A stretch of DNA of 64,000 nt from Acidimicrobiales bacterium. Lineage in GTDB: Bacteria; Actinomycetota; Acidimicrobiia; Acidimicrobiales; WLNW01. Below the pieces are notes generated by a model that ran no database searches, had not been told where the DNA came from, and saw only the letters and a program-made list of their open reading frames with translations. Location of the stretch: contig JBDTLT010000011.1 in the NCBI GenBank assembly GCA_039934635.1, positions 5,118-69,117 of the forward strand, read 5' to 3'. Positions 28,422 through 37,505 of the stretch are shown here, one piece after another. Every line of letters starts with the position of its first letter. The stretch's first letter is position 1. The translations under genes were made by a program, and so were the position numbers.

Positions 28422-29600
28422 ATGTATCTCCAAGAGACGACCGAGCAACGCGCGTTGCGCACGACATTGCGCGAGTACTTCCGCGGCCTCATGACCCCTG
28501 AGGTCACCCGAGCGCTGCGCGACGATGGCGAGTCGGGCCCGGCGCGCCGTCGTGTGTTGCGCCAGATGGGCGCGGACGGGATGCTCGGCATCGGTTGGCC
28601 CAAGGAGTACGGCGGGCAGGGCCGTCCCGCCACCGATCAGTTCATCTTCTTCGACGAAGCACAACGGGCCCAGGCGCCGCTGCCGTTCGTCACGCTGAAC
28701 ACGGTTGGGCCGACGCTCATCGAATACGGCACGGACGAGCAGAAGCAGCGTTTCCTGCCGCGGATCCTCGCCGGCGAGATCGTGTTCGCCATCGGCTACA
28801 GCGAGCCTTCTGCCGGCACCGACCTTGCGTCATTGACGACGCGTGCCGTGCGCGACGGCGATCAATGGGTCATCAACGGGCAAAAGATCTTCACCTCGGG
28901 AGCTGACGGCGCGGACTACGTGTGGTTGGCGTGCCGCACGAATCCCGACGTTAAAAAGCACCAGGGCATCTCGATCATCATCGTGCCGACGGCATCGCCC
29001 GGGTTCAGCTCGACGCCGATCAAGACGGTCGGCAACCCCACCACGACGTCCACCTACTACGACGAGGTGCGCGTGCCGGTGGGCAACCTCGTCGGCGACG
29101 AAAACGGCGGTTGGAAGCTCATCACGACGCAGCTCAATCACGAGCGAGTCGGGCTGGCCGCGCTCAGTGCTCGCGCGTTCGAGCTCTACGACGCCGTGGT
29201 TGCGTGGGCGGCGGCGACCGACTCGGGCGAAGGCGGGTTGATGATCGATCTGCCGTGGGTGCAGACCGAACTCGCAACGTGTCGCGCCAAGCTCCAAGCG
29301 ATGTATTTGCTGAATTGGCGAATGACGCTCGACGTCGGTCGGGGCCAGCTCAAACCGCAGACCTCGTCCGCGGTAAAGGTCTTCGGCACCGAGGCGACCG
29401 CTGACGTTTACCACCGCTTGTTGAACATCCTCGGTCCTGAAGCGCACATGAGAAGCGGAAGCGCCGACGCACCCATCGACGGCGAGGTCGAAGCGATGGG
29501 CCGCACTGCGCAGATCAACACGTTCGGGGGCGGAGTCAACGAAGTCCAGCGAGAGATTGTCGCTTGGGTGGGTCTCGGCATGACCCGCGTCTCGCGCTGA
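28422..29600 (+). CDS. Acyl-CoA dehydrogenase, FadE29/FadE26-like alpha subunit
   Basis: GIGWPKEYGGQG, FAIGYSEPSAGTDLA, LNHER, NTFGGGVNEVQRE. Confidence 0.92.
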   Translation: MYLQETTEQRALRTTLREYFRGLMTPEVTRALRDDGESGPARRRVLRQMGADGMLGIGWPKEYGGQGRPATDQFIFFDEAQRAQAPLPFVTLNTVGPTLIEYGTDEQKQRFLPRILAGEIVFAIGYSEPSAGTDLASLTTRAVRDGDQWVINGQKIFTSGADGADYVWLACRTNPDVKKHQGISIIIVPTASPGFSSTPIKTVGNPTTTSTYYDEVRVPVGNLVGDENGGWKLITTQLNHERVGLAALSARAFELYDAVVAWAAATDSGEGGLMIDLPWVQTELATCRAKLQAMYLLNWRMTLDVGRGQLKPQTSSAVKVFGTEATADVYHRLLNILGPEAHMRSGSADAPIDGEVEAMGRTAQINTFGGGVNEVQREIVAWVGLGMTRVSR

Positions 29601-29614
29601 CGGAGGGTCGAAAT

Positions 29615-30754
29615 ATGGATTTCTCGTTCACCGAAGAGCAGCAGGCCCTGCGCGGCCTGGCTGCGCAGATCTTTGCGGACAAGGCGACCGTCGAGCGCGT
29701 CGTCGAAATCGAACGACATACCGACGACCGCATCGATCGCGAACTCTGGGCGGCGCTGGCAGAGGCACAGTTGCTGGGCGTCGCCATACCCGAGCAATTC
29801 GGGGGATTGGGCTTCACGATGCTCGAGTTGACGTTCGTGCTCGAGCAGCAAGGGCGATTCGTCGCTCCTGTTCCGCTGCTGCCGACGCTCGTACTCGCGG
29901 CGCCGGCGATCGCCGAGTTCGGCACCGCTCACCAAAAAGATCAATGGCTGCGCGCGGTGGTAAAGGGCGGTGCCGTGCTCACTGCCGCGTTCGCCGAACG
30001 CGGCGCGAACAACGTGCGTCGATCATCGGTTCGGGCAGTGCCAGTGGCGGGTGGCTGGGCGCTGTCGGGCCACAAGATCGCCGTGCTCGCGGGTCACGTC
30101 GCGGACGCCGTACTCGTGCCCGCGGAGACTCACGACGGCCTCACGGTGTTCATCGTCGACCCGAACGCGCTGGGTGTACGACGAACCCGATACGAAACGA
30201 CGGCGCGCGACGTTCAATGCTCGTTGCAGTTGTCGAATGTGTTCGTCAGCGACGACGACGTTCTCGGTGCCGTGGGGCAAGGCACCGCGATCGCGGCATG
30301 GTCGATCGATCGCGCCGACATCGCCGCTGCGGCCATCGCCGTCGGCTGTTGTGAACAGGCACTCGCGCTCACTGCGAAATACGTGTCGGAGCGACAGCAG
30401 TTCGGACGCCCGCTGTCGACCAACCAGGGCGTTGCGATCCGGGCCGCCGATGCGTACATCGACATCGATTGCATGAGGGTCACGATGTGGCAGGCGGCAT
30501 GGCGACTCGCCGAAGGGCTACCAGCGCGCGAAGAGATCGACATCGCGAAGTACTGGTCGGCCGAGGCAGGGCAGCGCGTCGTACACGCGACGCAACACCT
30601 CCACGGTGGGATGGGTGCCGACATCGACTACCCGGTGCACCGCTACTTCCTCTGGGTGAAGCAACTCGAGAACATGTTCGGCAGTGGGCCCCAACAACTC
30701 GCTCGCCTCGGCCGATCGATCGCCGAGGCCGCTACGACCGGTCAGCCCGCCTGA
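29615..30754 (+). CDS. Acyl-CoA dehydrogenase, FadE28/FadE27-like beta subunit
   Basis: MDFSFTEEQ, RQQFGRPL...Q.V, QHLHGGMG.DIDYPVHRYF. Confidence 0.9.
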   Translation: MDFSFTEEQQALRGLAAQIFADKATVERVVEIERHTDDRIDRELWAALAEAQLLGVAIPEQFGGLGFTMLELTFVLEQQGRFVAPVPLLPTLVLAAPAIAEFGTAHQKDQWLRAVVKGGAVLTAAFAERGANNVRRSSVRAVPVAGGWALSGHKIAVLAGHVADAVLVPAETHDGLTVFIVDPNALGVRRTRYETTARDVQCSLQLSNVFVSDDDVLGAVGQGTAIAAWSIDRADIAAAAIAVGCCEQALALTAKYVSERQQFGRPLSTNQGVAIRAADAYIDIDCMRVTMWQAAWRLAEGLPAREEIDIAKYWSAEAGQRVVHATQHLHGGMGADIDYPVHRYFLWVKQLENMFGSGPQQLARLGRSIAEAATTGQPA

Positions 30755-31994
30755 CGGCGCGGAGTGTTGCTCGCGTGATCAGCCCGACGGCGATTGCTGC
30801 AGCGCCCGTGGCGATCGACGCGCCCGGCAGGGTGACCGCAAGCACGACACAACCGACGAGGCCGAAGACAGCGATCGCCGGGGGCCACCGTCGTTGATCG
30901 CGTGGCAGACGCAGCGCCGCGGCGTTGGTGACCGCGTAGTAGCCGAGCACGCAGAAGCTCGAGAAACCGATGGCGTGGCGCACATCGCTCGTGAGTACGA
31001 CGATGAACACGATGGTGCCGACGGCGATCTCGGCGAGGTCGGGCACTTTGGTGCGCGGGTGGACGTGGACGAGAACATGAGGCAGATCTCGTTCGGCGGC
31101 CATGGCGAACATCGTGCGGCTCACACCCACGAGTAACGACAGCAATACGCCGAGCGAAGCGGTACTTGCTCCGATGCGCACGAGCGGTACCAACGCGTGC
31201 CACGAACCTGCATCGATCACCGTCGCCAGCGGCGCCGAACTGCGCGCCAATGCGTCAGATCCGACGGCCGAGAGAGCGGACAGCGCGACCAACGCGTAGA
31301 CGATCAGTGTGATGCCGAGTGCGATCGGTATGGCCCGCGGAATTGTCCGCGCGGGGTCTCGTACTTCTTCGCCGAGCGTCGCGATGCGCGCGTAGCCGGC
31401 GAACGCGAAGAACAACAGTGCGCCGGCGCGCAGGCAGTCGTACGGCGATGCACCGCCGAGGCCGATGCGATCGATATCGGCAGTGCCGCCGCCAAAGCCC
31501 GCGCCGACGACGACGGCGAGGACGCACAAGACGACCACCACGATGACCCGTGTCAGCCACACGGTCTTGGTGACCCCGGCCAGGTTCACCGCGACGAGGG
31601 CGACCACGGCCAGCGCCGCCGTGAACCGCGGATGATCGGGCCACGCATAGGAGCCGAAGGTGAGAGCCATTGCCGCGCAGCTCGCGGTCTTGCCGACGAC
31701 GAATCCCCAGCCCGCGGCGAACCCCCACACGGGCGCGAGTCGCGCTCGACCGTAGACGTAAGTTCCGCCCGCCTGAGGATGGAGCGCCGCGAGTTGTGCC
31801 GACGACGTGGCGTTGGCGAACGCCACTGCCGCGGCGATCGCCAGGCCGACGAGCAGTCCGCCTCCCGCGCTCTGTGCCGCGGGCGCGAGCGCGGCGAACA
31901 CCCCGGCGCCGATCATCGATCCGAGTCCGATCACTACCGCATCGGCGGTGCCGATGCGACGGTCGAGCCGCGTCGGTGGTTGCGGTGTAGGCAC
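30732..31994 (-). CDS. APC family amino acid permease
   Basis: GLGSMIGAGVF, P.AGG.Y.Y, LFFAFAGYARIATLGEEV, about 12 TM segments. Start approximate. Confidence 0.9.
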   Translation of the reverse strand: MPTPQPPTRLDRRIGTADAVVIGLGSMIGAGVFAALAPAAQSAGGGLLVGLAIAAAVAFANATSSAQLAALHPQAGGTYVYGRARLAPVWGFAAGWGFVVGKTASCAAMALTFGSYAWPDHPRFTAALAVVALVAVNLAGVTKTVWLTRVIVVVVLCVLAVVVGAGFGGGTADIDRIGLGGASPYDCLRAGALLFFAFAGYARIATLGEEVRDPARTIPRAIPIALGITLIVYALVALSALSAVGSDALARSSAPLATVIDAGSWHALVPLVRIGASTASLGVLLSLLVGVSRTMFAMAAERDLPHVLVHVHPRTKVPDLAEIAVGTIVFIVVLTSDVRHAIGFSSFCVLGYYAVTNAAALRLPRDQRRWPPAIAVFGLVGCVVLAVTLPGASIATGAAAIAVGLITRATLRAVRRADRS

Positions 31995-32022
31995 GGAGGC
32001 AGCGTCGTCGCCGGGGATGGGC

Positions 32023-33693
32023 TCAGACCTTGTCGAGTTCGCCCAGGCGATCACGCGCCGCGAACTCGGCGCGGATGGACTCGACGTCGTCTGGTGTGAG
32101 GCGGCGTAGCGGCTCGCCCTTCTTCGGGCGGAAGTAGACGGGGTCGGCGCACTGCCAGCGTTGCGCCCGCAGCTGTCGCTTGATGACCTTCGACGTTTCG
32201 GTCAGCGGCAACTCGGTCGCGACGCGGACATAACGGGGCGACCATTTGGTGCCCAAGTCGCTTTGATTGACAAGGAACTCGTCGAAGTCCTCGGGGTCGA
32301 AGGCCGACGGATCGGCAACCTGCAGCGCGACCATCACCTGATCGCCTACCTCTTCGTCGGGCACTGCATAGACGGCGTCGAGAATGACGCCCGGATAACT
32401 GGCGACGATGCGTTCGATCGGCGCGGCCGCGAAGTTTTCACCGTCGACGCGCAGCCATTCGTAGTCGCGGCCGGCGAAGTAGAACCAGCCGTCCTTGTCG
32501 CGGTAGCCGAGGTCGCCCGACCAGTACCACCCGTTGCGGATGCGTTGCGCGTTTGCTTCTTCGTTCTTGTAGTAGCCCTCGAAGCTGACGGCGTTGCTCT
32601 TGTTGACGATCTCGCCGATGCACTGGTCGGGATTGAGCAACCGGCCGTTGGCGTCGAACTCCGCCGGCGGCTTCTCTTCGAGCGTCTCCGCGTCGAGTAC
32701 GACCGTGCCCTCGGGACCGCGCCCGAGTGCCCCTTTTGGTTGCTCGGGTACGCGCTGGACCGACGCGCCGGATTCGGTCGAGCCATAGTTGTCCTGCACG
32801 GGCACGCCGAACCGGTCGCTGAAACGTTTCAGATCTCTCTCCGCGCCTTCGTTGCCGAAGACGCTGCGCAGCGCGTGGTTCTTGTCGTCGGGGGACTCGG
32901 GTGTGGCGAGGATGTACGTCAGTGGTTTGCCGACATAGTTGAAGTAGGTGGCTTTGAACTTGCGGATGTCGGGCAGGAATCCCGACGCCGAGAACCGCCG
33001 CCGCAGTGCGAGCGTGCCTCCCACGTAGACGACCGGGCTGAAGCCGGCGAACAGCGCGTTGGAATGGAACATCGGCATGGCCATGTAGCCGACCGACTCT
33101 TCGTCGAGGTCTTGCGTCATCGAGATGGTGCGCCCGGTGCGCGCCCACTTGCCTTGCGACGTGATCACGGCCTTTGGCGCGCCCGAGGTACCCGAGGTGA
33201 AGAGCAGCAGCGCGGTGACGCGTGGGTCGACGGCCGCGTCGGGCAGGCCCGCGTTGGCATAGGGGCGCAGCGCCACGTCGTACTGCGGCGTGTCGACAAC
33301 GAGTATGCGGTCGTCGGTGAGCCCGAGGTCGAGGCCATGCAACATGTCGTAGAAGCGTGACTCGGTGACGATCATCTGACAGTCGGTGTAGGTGATATCG
33401 CGCGCGAGCTCACCGCCCTGACGAGTGGGGTTGATGCCGACCATCGTGGCGCCGCTCACCGAGCCGGCGGCCAACCACAGGCACAACTCGGGAATGTTCT
33501 CGAAGAGAAATCCGATGTGGAACGGTCCCGGTCGCTTGGTGTCGATGGCGAACGCGGCGCGGGTGGCTGCAGCCTGCACCGTCTCGCGCCAGCTGTATGA
33601 CTCGTCCTCGAACAAAATCGCGGCACGCTCGGACTGCGCGTGCGCTCGGATCATCTGATCGACGGTGTCGAATTCATTGCGTGTCATCGGCAT
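32023..33693 (-). CDS. Acyl-CoA synthetase, FadD17/FadD1-like
   Basis: LLLFTSGTSGAPK, LRRRFSASGFLPDIRKFKATYFNYVGKPL, DNYGSTE, WYWSGDLGY, RVDGENF. Confidence 0.92.
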   Translation of the reverse strand: MPMTRNEFDTVDQMIRAHAQSERAAILFEDESYSWRETVQAAATRAAFAIDTKRPGPFHIGFLFENIPELCLWLAAGSVSGATMVGINPTRQGGELARDITYTDCQMIVTESRFYDMLHGLDLGLTDDRILVVDTPQYDVALRPYANAGLPDAAVDPRVTALLLFTSGTSGAPKAVITSQGKWARTGRTISMTQDLDEESVGYMAMPMFHSNALFAGFSPVVYVGGTLALRRRFSASGFLPDIRKFKATYFNYVGKPLTYILATPESPDDKNHALRSVFGNEGAERDLKRFSDRFGVPVQDNYGSTESGASVQRVPEQPKGALGRGPEGTVVLDAETLEEKPPAEFDANGRLLNPDQCIGEIVNKSNAVSFEGYYKNEEANAQRIRNGWYWSGDLGYRDKDGWFYFAGRDYEWLRVDGENFAAAPIERIVASYPGVILDAVYAVPDEEVGDQVMVALQVADPSAFDPEDFDEFLVNQSDLGTKWSPRYVRVATELPLTETSKVIKRQLRAQRWQCADPVYFRPKKGEPLRRLTPDDVESIRAEFAARDRLGELDKV

Positions 33694-33702
33694 CTCTGCA
33701 TT

Positions 33703-34683
33703 TCAGTAGTTGAGGGCGAGTCCGGCACGCGGCCATTCGACTTCGAGCACTTGACCCGAGCCGGACAGTGTCACGAAAGCAGTGCGACGATCGGGTCCAC
33801 CGAAGCACACGTTGGTGGTCATGGGATCAGGCATGGCCACGTAGTGGAGGTCGGATGCGTCGGGCGCGATCACGCACAAACCATCGGAGATGGCCGCGAC
33901 GACGATGTTGCCCCCGGCTTCGACCGCCAGCGAATCGAAGTGCCCGAGCGTGTTGGCCAGACAGCGCCCTCCGTGGCCTCGCTCGGCCGGAGCGATGACG
34001 CCAGGACCAGCGAGGTCGAACGCCCACAACCGTCCGGTCATGGACTCCGCGACGTACAACGTGGAGTCGTCGGGCGACAGGCCTACCCCGTTGGGCATCC
34101 ACATCGGCCATATCTTGCGTTCGACCATCGACCCGTCGGGCTGCGCGTAGTACACAGCGCCCTTGTCGATCATTCGTTCATGGCTCTTGCCCAGATCGGT
34201 GAACCAGAAGCCGCCCTGCGCGTCGAACACGATGTCGTTCGGCCCGGTGAATCGATGACCATCGCAGTCGCGGTACAGGACCTGTGCCTCGCCGGTGGCG
34301 AGGTCGACGCGATTGATCCAACCCCCCTCGTAGGTGGGCGGCAGATTGGCACCAGTGACGAAGTTGGTCGGGATCTCGATGCCATTGCGCTCAGACCAGT
34401 AGAAGCCCCCGTTGTTGGTGATGTACACCGCACCGTCGGGGCCGATCGCGGCACCGTTGGCACCGCCGAACCCGGCGGGATTGACCTCTGCGACGACGGT
34501 GACGCTGCCGTCGGGAGCGCACCGGCTGAGGGTGCCTCCGCGCACCTCGACCGCGAGCACCGAGCCGTCGTCCATCGCCACCGGCCCTTCGGGAAAGCGC
34601 AGGCCACGGGCAAAGACTCTGTTTTGGGGCGTCGGTAAGCGGCGAATCGAAGTGTCGGTCATCACGGCCCCCGTCGACGTCAT
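33703..34683 (-). CDS. SMP-30/gluconolactonase/LRE family protein
   Basis: FPEGPV, GPNDIVFD..GGFWFTD, PNGVGLSPD, TTNVCFGG. Confidence 0.9.
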   Translation of the reverse strand: MTSTGAVMTDTSIRRLPTPQNRVFARGLRFPEGPVAMDDGSVLAVEVRGGTLSRCAPDGSVTVVAEVNPAGFGGANGAAIGPDGAVYITNNGGFYWSERNGIEIPTNFVTGANLPPTYEGGWINRVDLATGEAQVLYRDCDGHRFTGPNDIVFDAQGGFWFTDLGKSHERMIDKGAVYYAQPDGSMVERKIWPMWMPNGVGLSPDDSTLYVAESMTGRLWAFDLAGPGVIAPAERGHGGRCLANTLGHFDSLAVEAGGNIVVAAISDGLCVIAPDASDLHYVAMPDPMTTNVCFGGPDRRTAFVTLSGSGQVLEVEWPRAGLALNY

Positions 34684-34737
34684 TTCGGCAACGGGCGGAG
34701 ACTAGCCTGCGGCCGCTGTCGAGACGGAGGTCGTGCA

Positions 34738-35553
34738 ATGGCTGTCGAAGAAGATCTGCTGTACCGCATCGAAAATGGTGTTGCCTGGCTGACGATGAAT
34801 CGTCCGCAGGTCGGCAACGCGATGACGCCCGAGGTCCGCGATCGCATGCGCGACATCATCAACGACCTCAACGTCAGCTACGAAGCGCGCGCGATCGTCA
34901 TCACCGCGACGGGCGAAAAGATGTTCTGCCCTGGCGCCGACATCTCCACTGATCGCGCGGTGGTCCGGCCCCAAGGCGCGCCCGAACGCATCGTCGGACA
35001 GAACCGGCGCATGATGCTCAACGGCCAACTGCAACTGATGCCGGCGATCATCAATTCCGAGTTGCCCATCATCGCTGCGGTCAATGGCACGGCCGCCGGC
35101 GTGGGCGCGCACCTGGCGCTCGTGTGCGATCTCGTGATCATGGCCGACAACGCCAAGTTCATCGAGGTGTTCGCCCGCCGCGGTCTGATTCCCGATGGTC
35201 TCGGCACATGGATCCTGCCGCGGTTGATCGGTCTGCAGAAGGCCAAAGAGCTCTGCTTCTTTGCGGACGACGTGCCCGCGCAACGAGCCCTCGAGATCGG
35301 CCTGTGCAACAAGGTCGTGCCCAAGGCGGAATTGCAGTCGACGGCGCGCGAGTGGGCCGAACGGCTCGCCGGTGGCCCTACACGGGCGTACATGCTGATG
35401 AAGTGGTTGCTCAATCGCAGCCTCGACGTCGACATGCGCACCATCATGGAAGAAGAAGCATGGGCGGTCGAGGCCGTGACCCAGACCCAGGACATGACCG
35501 AAGGCGTGGCCAGCTTCCGGGAGAAGCGCCCGCCGCAGTGGACCGGCTTCTGA
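34738..35553 (+). CDS. Enoyl-CoA hydratase/isomerase family protein
   Basis: FCPGADI, IIAAVNGTAAGVG..LALVCD, F..RGLIPDG, EGVASFREKRPP. Confidence 0.92.
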   Translation: MAVEEDLLYRIENGVAWLTMNRPQVGNAMTPEVRDRMRDIINDLNVSYEARAIVITATGEKMFCPGADISTDRAVVRPQGAPERIVGQNRRMMLNGQLQLMPAIINSELPIIAAVNGTAAGVGAHLALVCDLVIMADNAKFIEVFARRGLIPDGLGTWILPRLIGLQKAKELCFFADDVPAQRALEIGLCNKVVPKAELQSTAREWAERLAGGPTRAYMLMKWLLNRSLDVDMRTIMEEEAWAVEAVTQTQDMTEGVASFREKRPPQWTGF

Positions 35554-35599
35554 CCCGGAAGTCGCTCATGAGAGGCCTCTGCAGGCCGATATAGCGGGG

Positions 35600-36496
35600 A
35601 TGGTGTTCGCACTGCTTCTGCGACAGGCGTCCGGCGCGGAGCCCACCGAGACTGCGTTCGATCGGATGCCGACCTGGGGCAAGTACGGCATCCTCGCGCT
35701 CCTGTTGTTGTTCGCCGTCGCGATGATCGAGACGGTCCGCCGCCATGGCTTGCGGGACCGCGAGGTGAAGCTGGCCGCGCTCAGCGCCGGCTTTCAGTAC
35801 AACCAGACTGATCCAGCCGGTGTCGGCGAACTGCGCTTTGCTGCATTCGGTCGCGGCAAGGGTACGCGCATCAGCAACGTGGTGAGCGGCAAGTCGCATA
35901 CCGGTGCCGTCGTGCGCGCGTTCGACTTCTCGAGCTACATGGAACACGCCGTGTCCGAGAGTCAGCGCGAGTCGGAGTTCGTCGACTACCTGTGGGGCAT
36001 GGACGGCTGGGGCGAGAGCAGCGGATATTCCAGCAACAAAATGAGGACTTACTCGAAGGCACGATCCGGGGCGGTCGTCAAGCTCGACGCCTTCCTGCCG
36101 TCGATGGTGGTTGCTCCGTCGAATCTGATCACGCGTGCGTTCGAGATGGTGGGTGCGGAGGACATCGACTTCGAATCCGAAGAGTTCAACCGTGGCTACG
36201 ACGTGCGCTGCTCGGACAAGCGGTTTGCGTCGTTGTTCCTCGACGCGCAGATGATCGACTTCATCCTCGGCTTCGACCGTCACTTCGCCTTCGAGACGTT
36301 CGGTAACTACGTGCTGTGTCACGCCAAGATGTGTGAACCTCGTCAACTGCCGGCGCTCGCGGCGAAGATGGGCGAACTGCTGCCGTTGGTCAACCAACTG
36401 GTCTACGACGAGTATCCGACCGTGGCCGGCGTCGAGTACCGCGACGCGATCAGCGATTGGAACCATCGCCCGGGCGGAGCTCGCGGCTACTACTGA
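35600..36496 (+). CDS. Hypothetical membrane-anchored protein (DUF3137-like)
   Basis: One TM near the N-terminus; D.DFESEEFN..Y.V...D..FA....D motif. Confidence 0.7.
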   Translation: MVFALLLRQASGAEPTETAFDRMPTWGKYGILALLLLFAVAMIETVRRHGLRDREVKLAALSAGFQYNQTDPAGVGELRFAAFGRGKGTRISNVVSGKSHTGAVVRAFDFSSYMEHAVSESQRESEFVDYLWGMDGWGESSGYSSNKMRTYSKARSGAVVKLDAFLPSMVVAPSNLITRAFEMVGAEDIDFESEEFNRGYDVRCSDKRFASLFLDAQMIDFILGFDRHFAFETFGNYVLCHAKMCEPRQLPALAAKMGELLPLVNQLVYDEYPTVAGVEYRDAISDWNHRPGGARGYY

Positions 36497-36810
36497 GGCA
36501 CGGGCCGGTGCAGCACTGCCTTGGTCGGCGTCATCCGCAACTGCGAACCTTCGACGGCGGCGTCGGCATCGACGATGAGGCTGAAGCCGTCGGCTTCGTG
36601 AGGGGGCCAGAGCACGGCGATCTGTGCGCGTGTGGCCGCGTTCTCGGCGCTGCGCCGGCCGACCGTGCACGTCAGCACGCCGCCGTCGTGCGTGACAACC
36701 ACGTGGCTGATGTGGGGGCGCCCGTCGTCGCTGGTGGTGAGTACGAAGGCACTGGCGCCGAAGCGCGCCATCTCGTCGCCCAGGTGATCGAGCGCGACGG
36801 CGATGCTCAT
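36490..36810 (-). CDS. Pyridoxamine 5'-phosphate oxidase-like (split barrel) protein
   Basis: FVLTTSDDGRPHISHV, SAENA......LWPP....FSLIVD. Confidence 0.75.
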   Translation of the reverse strand: MSIAVALDHLGDEMARFGASAFVLTTSDDGRPHISHVVVTHDGGVLTCTVGRRSAENAATRAQIAVLWPPHEADGFSLIVDADAAVEGSQLRMTPTKAVLHRPVPQ

Positions 36811-37439
36811 CGGGGCGCCGCGGCCTTGCGAGCAATGCCGATGTAGTGGGCGACGAATGGCTTGGGACCCTTGCCGTACTCGCGGTCGAGTCGTTCGATC
36901 TCGAAACCCGCGTCCGTCAGTTCGCGGTCATGCGCCCGAGTGAGTTGGCAGCCGCCGAAGACGCGACTGCTGATGGGTTGGATGCGATGCTGCCACTTGT
37001 TCACGTTGTCGTCGGGCGACAGGCCGTGTTCCACGAAATGCAGCGCGCCACCCGGTTTGAGCACGCGGTGCACTTCGCGCAGCGCGCGCCCTTCGTCGGG
37101 GATCGTGCACAGCGTGAAACTCGAGACGGCGTTGTCGACCGATTCGTCGGCGAGTGGAATGTCCTCACCGTCGAGGCCGATGAACTCCACCGGGATTTCG
37201 GATCGACCGATGCGGTCGGCCGCCAGCTTGCGCCCGATGGTCGCCGGATCGACCGCGTAGACCTTGGTGACCGCGGGTGGATAGAGCGGCACATTGAGCC
37301 CCGAGCCGAAACCGATCTCGAGTACTACGCCGCTGATGCCCTCGAGCGACTGGCGCCGCAGCGCGCGGATGTCGTCGTTGTCCATCACCTTGTCGATCAG
37401 CCGAGGCAGGACCTGGTCGCCGTAGACACCCACGGGCAT
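36807..37439 (-). CDS. Class I SAM-dependent methyltransferase (PmtA-like)
   Basis: VLEIGFGSGLN, AVDP, FTLCTIPD...AL.E..RVLKPGG..HF.EHG. Confidence 0.9.
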   Translation of the reverse strand: MPVGVYGDQVLPRLIDKVMDNDDIRALRRQSLEGISGVVLEIGFGSGLNVPLYPPAVTKVYAVDPATIGRKLAADRIGRSEIPVEFIGLDGEDIPLADESVDNAVSSFTLCTIPDEGRALREVHRVLKPGGALHFVEHGLSPDDNVNKWQHRIQPISSRVFGGCQLTRAHDRELTDAGFEIERLDREYGKGPKPFVAHYIGIARKAAAPR

Positions 37440-37505
37440 GAGTCTGACACGTCGCCGCGGGCAGGGCCCGAGCGGCCCTCGGAGCGGGAGCTAGGGTCAG
37501 CCCCC

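Noticed and set aside
36846-37505. N-terminal 220 aa of the 839-aa ORF 36846..39365
   Set aside because: It overlaps the minus-strand methyltransferase. The plausible start is ATG 37506, so only the ~100-aa domain plus the ligase is accepted as the fusion.
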